A DNA stretch of 51,509 nt, from assembly GCA_046731415.1 (NCBI GenBank), contig JBKPLD010000089.1, forward strand, positions 1 to 51,509. The letters are read 5' to 3'. The notes under the pieces were generated by a model. The model searched no databases. It saw nothing but the letters and a program-made list of their open reading frames with translations, and had not been told where the DNA came from. Position 1 is the first letter of the stretch. Every line of letters starts with the position of its first letter. A program made the position numbers and the translations under genes. Of the stretch, positions 1 through 8,384 are shown one piece after another. The DNA comes from Verrucomicrobiota bacterium (GTDB lineage Bacteria > Verrucomicrobiota > Verrucomicrobiia > Chthoniobacterales > UBA10450).

Positions 1-1403
1 GCCTCGAACATGATCGCGAAGTGATACCACAGCGCGAGCGCGGTTGGTTTGGTGGAGACTCGCGCAAACATGTGAGCCATACCGACTGCGAAAGTAGGAG
101 CGCCCCCTGCCCGATTAAACATCGTCGATTCCCCCAGATTCGCTGCGAGCTTCTGCATTTCTGCCTCAGTTATTGGAAAACCAGTCGCGGAAACCCTTGC
201 GACGACTTCGGTTGGCGTTCCTTTTGTGTTAATAGCGAAATACTCTCCAGGTTGAAGGACGCACGCTGCAATCATCGCCATCAAGGCAACCATCATTTCG
301 GTCACCATCGCGCCGTAGCCGATGCTGCGTATCCGGGATTCGCGTCTGATCATTTTCGGTGTCGTGCCAGAAGCAATTAGAGAATGAAAACCTGACACGG
401 CGCCGCAAGCGATGGTGATGCATACAAATGGAAACACTGGACCGGCAAAAACGAGGCCGCTGCCATCAATGAATTTGGTGATTGCCGGCATTTGCAATGT
501 CGGATTGATCAGCATCACGGCAGCCGCAAGCATCGCGACGGTGCCGAGTTTCAAGAACGTGCTCAGGTAATCGCGCGGCGTCAGTAGCATCCACACCGGC
601 AGGATCGAGGCCGCGAGCCCATACATCATGATGGCCCAGGCCAGCCATTTCTGGTCGTGACGAAACCAACTCTCGATCACGGGAAAGTGCGCGAGAAATT
701 GTCCACCCCACACGCCAAACGCCAGACCGAGTAAACCGAAAATTGTGACCGCGGTCACGCTCACTTTGCCCGTGCGCAATCCAATTCCCATGATCAACGC
801 GATTGGAATGGTAGTCGCAATCGTGAAAACACCCCAGGGACTCTCCGCGAGAGCTTGCACGACAACGAGCGCGAGAACTGCCAGCAAAATAATCATGATC
901 GCCAGAACACTAACGAGAGCGAGCAGACCAACGCCGCGCCCAATTTCTTCTCTTACCATTTGCCCAAGCGTTTTGCCGCCCCGCCGGATCGAGGCAAAAA
1001 GAACGATCATATCGTGAACGCCGCCGCCTAGCGTTGCGCCGATCAAGATCCAGAGAGTACCGGGAAGAAAACCGAATTGCGCCGCCAGTACGGGCCCAAC
1101 CAGCGGCCCGGGACCGGCAATGGCTGCAAAGTGATGCCCGAAAACCATCCAGCGGTTTGTGGGCACATAATCCTTGTTGTCATTTTGAAGCACGGCCGGT
1201 GTGGCACGGTCCTCGTTGAGCACGAGCACTTTTGTGGCCAGCCATTTACTGTAAAAACGATAGCTGATCGATAATGCGCAAAATCCAGCGGTAACGATCC
1301 AAAGTGCGCTGATGCGTTCCCCGCGAGATAACGCTAGCATCGCCACTGCCCACGTGCCTAACGCGGTAACGGCGAACCAGAGCAATTTTTTCCAGACGCT
1401 CAT
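1..1403 (-). CDS. cstA: carbon starvation protein A (CstA-family peptide/pyruvate transporter); N-terminal ~467 codons, C-terminus lies beyond the left edge
   Basis: Absent from the supplied ORF track because there is no in-window stop. Manual minus-strand translation from ATG 1403-1401 gives MSVWKKLLWFAVTALG...NRWMVFGHHFAAIAGPGPLVGPVLAAQFGFLPG...FPFVCITIACGAVSGFHSLIASGTTPKM...LWYHFAIMFE. These are hallmark CstA segments, and the frame stays open to position 1. Confidence 0.85.
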   Translation of the reverse strand, partial: MSVWKKLLWFAVTALGTWAVAMLALSRGERISALWIVTAGFCALSISYRFYSKWLATKVLVLNEDRATPAVLQNDNKDYVPTNRWMVFGHHFAAIAGPGPLVGPVLAAQFGFLPGTLWILIGATLGGGVHDMIVLFASIRRGGKTLGQMVREEIGRGVGLLALVSVLAIMIILLAVLALVVVQALAESPWGVFTIATTIPIALIMGIGLRTGKVSVTAVTIFGLLGLAFGVWGGQFLAHFPVIESWFRHDQKWLAWAIMMYGLAASILPVWMLLTPRDYLSTFLKLGTVAMLAAAVMLINPTLQMPAITKFIDGSGLVFAGPVFPFVCITIACGAVSGFHSLIASGTTPKMIRRESRIRSIGYGAMVTEMMVALMAMIAACVLQPGEYFAINTKGTPTEVVARVSATGFPITEAEMQKLAANLGESTMFNRAGGAPTFAVGMAHMFARVSTKPTALALWYHFAIMFE

Positions 1404-1447
1404 TAATCTTGCAGTGTAATTGAAATTGTTGCGCTCCGCTACAAGGT

Positions 1448-2203
1448 GTGATCTATCTTCCGGTGCGATTTAAGCATAAAATACGCAAGCTTGTAGATGG
1501 CCGTAGCCTGGCCAGCGCGAGGAAGCATACGCTCAGACTGCTCCGAACCAGCCGGTTTCCCCTGAATAAAAAACAAGTCATCGAAACAATCGATGCGGTT
1601 GGGTTCGAGCAGATTCGCAAGAAATATGCTGTGGCAAATCCTGGGGCAGACTGGCCGAAATATCTCGATCTCGACCGCTGGATTGGAATCAACATCCGGC
1701 GAATTCGTCAGATCGAACTCGATTTGGCGCGCCCCAAGCGCATCCTCGATCTCGGCTGCGGCGCAGGATACTTTCTCTACATAGCTCAGCTGCTGGGTCA
1801 CTCCGGACTGGGCCTTGATATGGATCGTCTGTCCATGTTCCGCGAAGTCACGCGACTACTTGGGGTGCGCCGCGTAGTCCAGCGAATCGAAGCTTTTCGG
1901 CCGTTGCCCGATTTTGGACAGAAATTCGATCTCGTCACGGCTTTCATGATTTGCTTTAACAACCACAAAATGCCGGACGTCTGGAAAGTCCCCGAGTGGG
2001 AATTCTTTCTCAATGACCTGGCAAAACATCTCACACCGCGCGGCCGCGTCTGGCTCGAACTAAACCAGGAGTATGACGGCACTTTCTACACGGCCGAGTT
2101 AAAGGAATTCTTTCAAAAACGCGGCGCCCGGATCAATGAGCAGAAAGTGACCTTTAATTCAGGGATTCGCGCGCCTGCTTCAACTTTTCCAGTTGCTCGC
2201 TGA
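1448..2203 (+). CDS. class I SAM-dependent methyltransferase (substrate unknown)
   Basis: 251-aa ORF with the SAM-binding motif I 'ILDLGCGAGYF' followed by 'GLGLDMD'. It has a non-ATG (GTG) start and no internal ATG near the 5' end, so the start is uncertain. Its 3' end overlaps the valS 3' end by 50 bp (convergent). Confidence 0.65.
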   Translation: MIYLPVRFKHKIRKLVDGRSLASARKHTLRLLRTSRFPLNKKQVIETIDAVGFEQIRKKYAVANPGADWPKYLDLDRWIGINIRRIRQIELDLARPKRILDLGCGAGYFLYIAQLLGHSGLGLDMDRLSMFREVTRLLGVRRVVQRIEAFRPLPDFGQKFDLVTAFMICFNNHKMPDVWKVPEWEFFLNDLAKHLTPRGRVWLELNQEYDGTFYTAELKEFFQKRGARINEQKVTFNSGIRAPASTFPVAR

Positions 2204-4820
2204 AATCCTTCAGGCGTCGGCGATGCTCTTCAACAACGATTGCGGGAGCGCGATCGACGAAGGATTTGTTCTCCAATTTTTTCTCTACGGCTCGTGCTTC
2301 GGTTTCGATTCTTGAAATTTCCTTGTCGAGCCGCTGCTGTTCCCCTGCCCTGTCCGCGGCGGCCACGCTCAAAAAGATCTCGCCTAGCGGCGTGACCGCG
2401 ACCGGATTTCCGAGTTGCGCCTGATATTTGGGATCCAGCTCGACTTCGTCGGCATTCATTAGCCGGGTCAGCGTGGGAATTTCTGTGGAAATTAATTTAT
2501 TATCTGAGCGTAAAATAAACCGTAGTTTACTGTTCGACGGAAGCTTAGCCCCGGCACGAAGGTTGCGCCCCGCCTGTATAGTCTTGTAAATGGCTGAAAC
2601 AAGCCGGCGCTTGCCCGCCAGGTCAGCGATGTTATCCAACGCGATCTCCTCCGGCGGCGCGGCGAATTGAATCGAATCTTTTCCAAAGCCGAGTAACGAC
2701 CAGAGCTCTTCGGTCATATGCGGCATCAAGGGATGCAGCAAGCGCAATATCGCTGAAAGCGAAATGTCCATCACGGCCAGCGCAGCGTTCTTCTTTGCCT
2801 GGTCGTCGCCGAAAATTTCGGTCTTGGCGGCTTCAACAAACCAGTCGCAGTAATCGCTCCAGACAAAGTCGTAAAGGCGTTGTGCGACCGTGTTGAACTG
2901 ATATTCACGAAAAGCGGCCTCGATTGCGTCGATTGTTTCATTCAAGCGCGCGAGCAATTCCAAGGCGTAGATCGATAGCCTCTGGTTGTCGACTTTTGGA
3001 GCGGAATCGCTCGCTCCGTGCATCTGCCGAAAGCGTGCGACGTTCCAAAGTTTCGTCGCGAAGTTTCGACCTTCTTCAATTTGCTTTTCATCAAAGCGAA
3101 TGTCCTGGCCTCTGGGCGCAATCCGCATCAAGCCGAACCGCAATCCGTCGGCGCCGTACTTATCGATCAATTCGAGTGGATCGGGCGAATTACCCAGGGA
3201 CTTCGACATTTTGCGACCGAGCTTGTCGCGAATGAGTCCTGTAAAATAGACGTCGTGGAATGCAATATTATCCCCGACGCCGTCTGATTTCCCCGGCTTG
3301 AATTCCAAGCCAGCGATGATCATGCGCGCTACCCAGAAGAAAATGATGTCGGGAGCCGTCACCAGCGCACTGGTCGGATAAAACTTTCTTCGCGTTTGTT
3401 CATCCATCGTTTCATAAGCCCATAACCACGATGAAAACCAGGTATCGAGGGTGTCCTGATCTTGCGTCCAATTTTCAGCATCAACAGGAGGTTCGACACC
3501 AACATAAATTTCCTTATTGGCTTGGGATTTGAGATCTGGAATTGGGGATTTCCGGTACCACGCCGGGATCCGATGGCCCCACCAAACTTGTCGGCTGATG
3601 CACCAATCACGAATGTTGTCCAGCCACTGTGCGTACACTTTCTCCCAATGCGGAGGAAAAAATCGAATCAGGTGATCGCGCACCACAGCGAGTGCCTCCT
3701 TTGTTTTTGGGTAACGCAAAAACCATTGTTCGCTGATGCGCGGCTCAATTGGCACGTCGCTACGATCACTGAATCCGACATTGTTTTCGTAAGGCTCCGT
3801 TTTCGCAAGCGCTCCCCTCACCTGCAATAATTCCTCTGCTTTGTGCCGCGCCTGAAACCGGTCGAGGCCATCCAACTCCCGAACCGCGGGACAATTGATT
3901 CGGCCGTCGGCATGCAGCACGTCGACCACAGGCAGGTTATGTCGCTGACCGATTTCGAAATCCAATGCATCGTGTCCAGGCGTTACTTTCAAAACGCCGG
4001 TGCCGAACTTGGGATCGATTGCTTCATCGGCAATGATCGGAATTTTCTCACGCGCAAGCGGACGCCACGCGTGCTTGCCCAGGAGATCGGCGTATCGCTT
4101 GTCACCTGGATGAAAGGCCATCGCAGTATCGGCCATGATTGTTTCCGGACGAGTAGTTGCGACTTCCAGGAAACGGCCGGGCTGCTCCACAATTTCGTAG
4201 CGAACAAAATAAAGCTTTCCTTTCTGCGGTTTGGAAATCACCTCTTCATCCGAAACCGCAGTTTGCGCAGCCGGGTCCCAATTGATCATGCGGCTGCCGC
4301 GGTAAATCAGCCCTTTGCGATAGAGGTCGACAAAAACTTTTTGGACAGCCGCAACATACGCATCGTCGAGCGTGTAGCGCTGACGCGACCAGTCACAGGA
4401 ACAGCCCAGGCGTTTAAGCTGCTCGATAATGATGCCGCCATGTTTATCCTGCCATTCTAGCACGCGGCGCAGGAATTCTTCGCGGCCGAGATCATGCCGC
4501 GTTTTGTTTTCCGTTCGCCGCAGATGTTTCTCGACTGCCGTTTGCGTTCCAATTCCGGCGTGATCCACGCCTGGCAGCCAAAGCACTTCAAAGCCCTGCA
4601 TTCGCGCGCGACGCGCAAGGATATCCTGAATGGAATTGTTGAGCACGTGGCCGAGCGTCAGCACGCCGGTAATGTTTGGCGGAGGCATCACGATAGAGAA
4701 CGACGCTTTGGATGAATTCGGGTTCGCAACGAAATCGCGATTTTCCGTCCAGCGCTGATACCATTTCGGTTCAACCGATTTTGGATCGTATCTCTTTGGG
4801 AGTTCGGGCATCGCGATCAA
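2154..4820 (-). CDS. valS: valine--tRNA ligase
   Basis: 888-aa ORF with the class I aaRS HIGH-type motif 'PPPNITGVLTLGHV', the KMSKS motif 'GRKMSKSLGNSP' and a C-terminal coiled-coil. The track start is TTG at 4820. ATG at 4811 (MPELPKRYDP) is the more likely start. Confidence 0.97.
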   Translation of the reverse strand: MIAMPELPKRYDPKSVEPKWYQRWTENRDFVANPNSSKASFSIVMPPPNITGVLTLGHVLNNSIQDILARRARMQGFEVLWLPGVDHAGIGTQTAVEKHLRRTENKTRHDLGREEFLRRVLEWQDKHGGIIIEQLKRLGCSCDWSRQRYTLDDAYVAAVQKVFVDLYRKGLIYRGSRMINWDPAAQTAVSDEEVISKPQKGKLYFVRYEIVEQPGRFLEVATTRPETIMADTAMAFHPGDKRYADLLGKHAWRPLAREKIPIIADEAIDPKFGTGVLKVTPGHDALDFEIGQRHNLPVVDVLHADGRINCPAVRELDGLDRFQARHKAEELLQVRGALAKTEPYENNVGFSDRSDVPIEPRISEQWFLRYPKTKEALAVVRDHLIRFFPPHWEKVYAQWLDNIRDWCISRQVWWGHRIPAWYRKSPIPDLKSQANKEIYVGVEPPVDAENWTQDQDTLDTWFSSWLWAYETMDEQTRRKFYPTSALVTAPDIIFFWVARMIIAGLEFKPGKSDGVGDNIAFHDVYFTGLIRDKLGRKMSKSLGNSPDPLELIDKYGADGLRFGLMRIAPRGQDIRFDEKQIEEGRNFATKLWNVARFRQMHGASDSAPKVDNQRLSIYALELLARLNETIDAIEAAFREYQFNTVAQRLYDFVWSDYCDWFVEAAKTEIFGDDQAKKNAALAVMDISLSAILRLLHPLMPHMTEELWSLLGFGKDSIQFAAPPEEIALDNIADLAGKRRLVSAIYKTIQAGRNLRAGAKLPSNSKLRFILRSDNKLISTEIPTLTRLMNADEVELDPKYQAQLGNPVAVTPLGEIFLSVAAADRAGEQQRLDKEISRIETEARAVEKKLENKSFVDRAPAIVVEEHRRRLKDFSEQLEKLKQARESLN

Positions 4821-5043
4821 TCATCCAAAGCCAGAGCGCGTTTGCAACTGGGGGGCAGGCAGCCCTGCCTGACTCGGCGGGCGGGCTGCTAGCCTGCTCG
4901 GATTTGGAGAGGCTCGTTTCCAATCAACGCGACAACTCCCGGCAGGCGAGCGACGTGTCTGCCGAGACAGCCTGGCAGGGCTATCTTCCATTTATGTGGG
5001 GGAGAGTTGCAGCAGGTCACAACCGCGCTGAGTTTCGCGCTGC

Positions 5044-5847
5044 ATGAGTGATTCACGCCCAATTGGCGTTTTCGATTCTGGCGTCGGCGGCCTTACCGTA
5101 GTGAAGGCGCTGCGTGATTCGCTGCCAAACGAAAACATTTTTTATCTTGGTGACACGGCCCGTGTTCCGTACGGCCCGAAAAGCCCTGAAACCGTTCAGC
5201 GCTATGCCGTGGAACTGGCGGGAATCCTCACGCAGAAAAACGCGAAGGCCCTGGTTGTCGCGTGTAATACAGTTTCATCAGTCGCGCTGCCATTGTTAAC
5301 AAATAAATTTTCCGTGCCGGTGATCGGTGTGATCGAGCCCGGTGCGCGAGCTGCGTTGCAGGCGACCCGCAACCGGCACATCGGCGTGATCGGAACCCGT
5401 GCGACGATTCGCAGTGGCGCCTACGAAAAAGCGTTGCGGGCAGCGGACGACAATGTGCGCGTAAGCACTCGAGCGTGTCCGTTGCTTGTCCCTCTAATTG
5501 AAGAAGGACTGCTCAACGACGAAGTGACGGACCGGATGATTCTGCGATATCTCGAGCCCATGCTTGCTGACGGGATCGACACCCTGGTGCTTGGTTGTAC
5601 CCATTATCCCCTTCTCACGAACGCGATCGCACGAGCGCTCAAACGCCAGGTCATGCTTGTCGATTCCGCGCAAAATTGCGCGCGCGCGGTGGAAAAAACA
5701 TTGGATCGACAATCGCTTCGAGCGTCGCTGCCAAATCGTGGTGAGCTACACGTCGCTCTCACGGACGCGGCCGATAATTTCCTTAACGTCGCCCGCGACG
5801 CGCTGCAATTGAGTTTCGGCGAGATCGAGCTGCAACCTTTGCCTTAG
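5044..5847 (+). CDS. murI: glutamate racemase
   Basis: 267-aa ORF with 'IGVFDSGVGGLTV', 'VVACNTVS' and 'LVLGCTHYPLL', the two catalytic-Cys motifs of MurI. Confidence 0.95.
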   Translation: MSDSRPIGVFDSGVGGLTVVKALRDSLPNENIFYLGDTARVPYGPKSPETVQRYAVELAGILTQKNAKALVVACNTVSSVALPLLTNKFSVPVIGVIEPGARAALQATRNRHIGVIGTRATIRSGAYEKALRAADDNVRVSTRACPLLVPLIEEGLLNDEVTDRMILRYLEPMLADGIDTLVLGCTHYPLLTNAIARALKRQVMLVDSAQNCARAVEKTLDRQSLRASLPNRGELHVALTDAADNFLNVARDALQLSFGEIELQPLP

Positions 5848-6175
5848 GTTTTCGCAGGCTTCTCGCTACGAGAACGTAGGAATGGTCAATCATTTTTCGC
5901 AGCTCAGGATCAGGAATGCCACCTTCAATCTCGACGCTGTTCCAGTGTTTTTTGTTCATGTGATAACCCGGCGTGACTTGCTCGTATCGATCGCGCAGTT
6001 CGAGCGCCAAATCAGGGTCGCATTTCAGATTCACGCTGGTCGGCACTTCTTCCAGAGTTGCTAGTGCGAACATTTTACCGCTGACTTTGAACACCAGAAC
6101 AGAGGGCCCAAATGGCGTGCCCTCGGTTGCGAAAGGTTTGCTTAGGCAGTATTCGCGGAATTGCGCGAGATCCAT
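5783..6175 (-). CDS. MmcQ/YjbR-family DNA-binding protein
   Basis: 130-aa ORF with 'YCLSKPFATEGTPFG...LVFKVSGKMFA...LKCDP...PGYHMNKKHWNSV', typical of the YjbR family. Its ATG overlaps the glyQS stop by 1 nt (TGATG). The basic C-terminal tail overlaps the murI 3' end by 65 bp. Confidence 0.75.
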   Translation of the reverse strand: MDLAQFREYCLSKPFATEGTPFGPSVLVFKVSGKMFALATLEEVPTSVNLKCDPDLALELRDRYEQVTPGYHMNKKHWNSVEIEGGIPDPELRKMIDHSYVLVARSLRKPKAKVAARSRRNSIAARRGRR

Positions 6176-7548
6176 CAGACGAGCCGTTCGCGCAAGATTG
6201 CCGGCAACTCTTGAATCGCGACCCGTTCCTGTTTCATCGAATCGCGATCGCGCAACGTCACTGTGTCACGCAGCGCGGCATTCTTTTCCCCCAGGGTTTC
6301 AAAATCAACGGTCACTCCGAACGGGGTGCCAATTTCGTCCTGACGCCGGTATCGCCGGCCGATGGCGCCACTTTCGTCATAGAAAACAACCATGTGCGGT
6401 CGCAAGAGCTCGACAATCTCTTTCGCTTTTGCCACGAGCTGTGGGTTGTTCTTTAGGAGCGGAAATACACCACACTTGATCGGAGCAATTCGCGGATGAA
6501 AACGCAGCACGATGCGCATCTCCATTTTTCCTTTTTCATCTGGCGCCTGATCTTCCAAATAGGCCTCGCAGATTAGCGCCAATACTGTGCGATCGACACC
6601 TGCGCTGGGCTCGACAACGTGAGGCACAAATCGCTGTTTCGTTTCCTCGTCAAAATATTCGAGAGATTTTCCGCTCGCCTTCTGGTGTTGCGACAAGTCA
6701 TAATCAGTCCGATAGGCGACGCCCTCGAGTTCCTGTCGTCCAAACGGAAAATCGTATTCGATGTCGTATGTCCCCTTTGAATAGAAGGCGCGCTCTTCGT
6801 CAGGCACTGTCAGCAGATGAAGTTTGCTGCGCGGAATCCCGATATTTTCGTAAAACGCCAGGCGCTCTTCCTTCCAATAGTCGAGCAATTCCATTCCCTG
6901 TTTCGGCGGACAAAAATATTCGAGTTCCATCTGTTCGAATTCGCGTGAGCGGAAAGTAAAGTTGCGCGGGTTAATTTCATTGCGAAACGCCTTGCCGATC
7001 TGCGCGATGCCGAATGGCAGTTTCCTGCGCGAGACTTCGAGGATGTTTTTGAATTGAACGAAGATCGATTGTGCTGTTTCAGGGCGAAGGTAGGCGATGG
7101 AACTTTCGTCCGCTGCGGCACCGACATGTGTCTCAAACATTAAGTTGAACTGACGCGGCGCGGTTAGATCCTTGCCGCCGCAATTGGGACACTGCTTAAT
7201 CCCTTTCTTTTCAGGGATCTGATCTGCGCGCAAATGTGCTTTGCACGTCCGGCAATCGACCATCGGATCCGAGAAACCTTCGACGTGTCCGGATGCCGTC
7301 AGCACCGCCGGATGCGTTAGAATCGATCCGTCCATACCAACGACGTCGTCTCGCTCATGAACGGTCACGTGCCACCAGTAATTTTTGAGGTTCCGCTTTA
7401 ACTCAACACCGAGCGGCCCGTAATCCCAAAGGCCGTTCAACCCACCATAGATCTCGCTCGATTGGAAAATGAAACCGCGCCGTTTGCACAAGCTGACGAT
7501 CTTTTCCATACGCTGCGTGTCGTTCGGCGCGCTCATTTTTTCGCCCAC
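6175..7548 (-). CDS. glyQS: glycine--tRNA ligase (single-chain alpha2 type)
   Basis: 457-aa ORF with 'RGFIFQSSEIYGGLNGLWDYGPLG', 'YLRPETAQSIF' and 'FRNEINPRNFTFRSREFEQMELEYF', which are class II GlyQS motifs. Confidence 0.95.
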   Translation of the reverse strand: MGEKMSAPNDTQRMEKIVSLCKRRGFIFQSSEIYGGLNGLWDYGPLGVELKRNLKNYWWHVTVHERDDVVGMDGSILTHPAVLTASGHVEGFSDPMVDCRTCKAHLRADQIPEKKGIKQCPNCGGKDLTAPRQFNLMFETHVGAAADESSIAYLRPETAQSIFVQFKNILEVSRRKLPFGIAQIGKAFRNEINPRNFTFRSREFEQMELEYFCPPKQGMELLDYWKEERLAFYENIGIPRSKLHLLTVPDEERAFYSKGTYDIEYDFPFGRQELEGVAYRTDYDLSQHQKASGKSLEYFDEETKQRFVPHVVEPSAGVDRTVLALICEAYLEDQAPDEKGKMEMRIVLRFHPRIAPIKCGVFPLLKNNPQLVAKAKEIVELLRPHMVVFYDESGAIGRRYRRQDEIGTPFGVTVDFETLGEKNAALRDTVTLRDRDSMKQERVAIQELPAILRERLV

Positions 7549-7569
7549 AGATTACACGATCAGGAATCG

Positions 7570-7637
7570 TTGTAGAGGCGTTTGTGCCAAACGCCTTTGC
7601 CTTTTGGTTCGGCGGGCTGACACAGCCGCCGCTACAA
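7570..7637. repeat. palindromic intergenic element, family B variant (TTGTAG...CTACAA ends, two internal hairpins)
   Basis: The sequence is ttgtagaggcgtttgtgccaaacgcct...cggcgggctgacacagccgccgctacaa. The aggcgtttg/caaacgcct stem is 9 bp. Related copies lie at 12046, 16768, 29108, 38552 and 42938. Confidence 0.7.
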
Positions 7638-7646
7638 GGAAATCGA

Positions 7647-8099
7647 TTACGTTTGCGTTTCGACCGTTACTTCAGTTTTCACCGAGTTGGCAATGAAACA
7701 TTGCTCGTGCGCTGCGTGATTTATCTCCTCGATCTCTTGCGCAGTCGGTTGCTTGTCGCCTGAGAATTTCAACCGCTGATTTAGAGTCACCCGCGTAATG
7801 GCAAGTCTGCCTTCCGAATTCTTTTCCATGTGGCCCACTGCGTCGTCAACATACTCGTCGAGCACGAATTTCTTTTTCGCTGCAATGGCGAGAAACGTGA
7901 GCATGTGACAGCTCGAAAGCGACGCCACAAATGCTTCTTCCGGATCAACGAGCTTTGGGTTTCCGAGATAGGCGGGAGCCGCGGACGCCTGCATTTCGTG
8001 ACCGCCGTCAAATTTCCAGCTGTGATCGCGTGAATACTTCTGATACTCGAACGGCGTGTCGCCGCGTTTCCAGGTCAGAGTTATTTTATGTTCGGACAT
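7647..8099 (-). CDS. OsmC/Ohr-family peroxiredoxin-like protein
   Basis: 150-aa ORF with the two conserved Cys contexts 'SLSSCHMLTF' and 'HEQCFIANS'. Confidence 0.85.
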   Translation of the reverse strand: MSEHKITLTWKRGDTPFEYQKYSRDHSWKFDGGHEMQASAAPAYLGNPKLVDPEEAFVASLSSCHMLTFLAIAAKKKFVLDEYVDDAVGHMEKNSEGRLAITRVTLNQRLKFSGDKQPTAQEIEEINHAAHEQCFIANSVKTEVTVETQT

Positions 8100-8151
8100 A
8101 TTGTTTAGATAGAATGGGTGGCGCCGGAGAGCAAGCGGAGGGACAGAGATA

Positions 8152-8223
8152 TGCGCGATGCTGGTATCGAACCAGCGACCCCTTGCGTGTGAAGCAAGTG
8201 CTCTACCACTGAGCTAATCGCGC
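8152..8223 (-). tRNA. tRNA-Val (anticodon CAC)
   Basis: The reverse complement folds as a canonical 72-nt cloverleaf: GCGCGAT-TA-GCTC-AGTGGTA-GAGC-A-CTTGC-TTCACAC-GCAAG-GGGTC-GCTGG-TTCGATA-CCAGC-ATCGCGC-A. All four stems are perfectly paired, and no CCA is encoded. Confidence 0.92.
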
Positions 8224-8384
8224 GTACGGAGAAGCAATTAGAAACAAGGAATTGGAAATTACAAGTCCTGCAAGTCCAAGAGAGATTTCCGTCAGCGGTC
8301 ACCTCGGCAAAAGTCGCGGTTTCGAACCTTGCATATTGTTTTTGTTTGCCTACGAGGGAAATAACCTGCAGAAATAACACCCTT

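Noticed and set aside
3843-4460. 205-aa plus-strand ORF inside valS
   Set aside because: It is a shadow ORF, antisense to valS, which is unambiguous over this stretch.
8100-8384. tRNA-Val as an integration hotspot / genomic island border
   Set aside because: There is no integrase, no direct repeat of the tRNA 3' end and no phage or conjugation genes nearby. The flanks are housekeeping genes (OsmC-like, gdhA).
8224-8384. Sigma-54 type promoter (TGG...TGC) upstream of gdhA
   Set aside because: In 'ttggaaattacaagtcctgca' the GG-to-GC spacing is 16 nt rather than the 12 nt required by the TGGCAC-N5-TTGC consensus.
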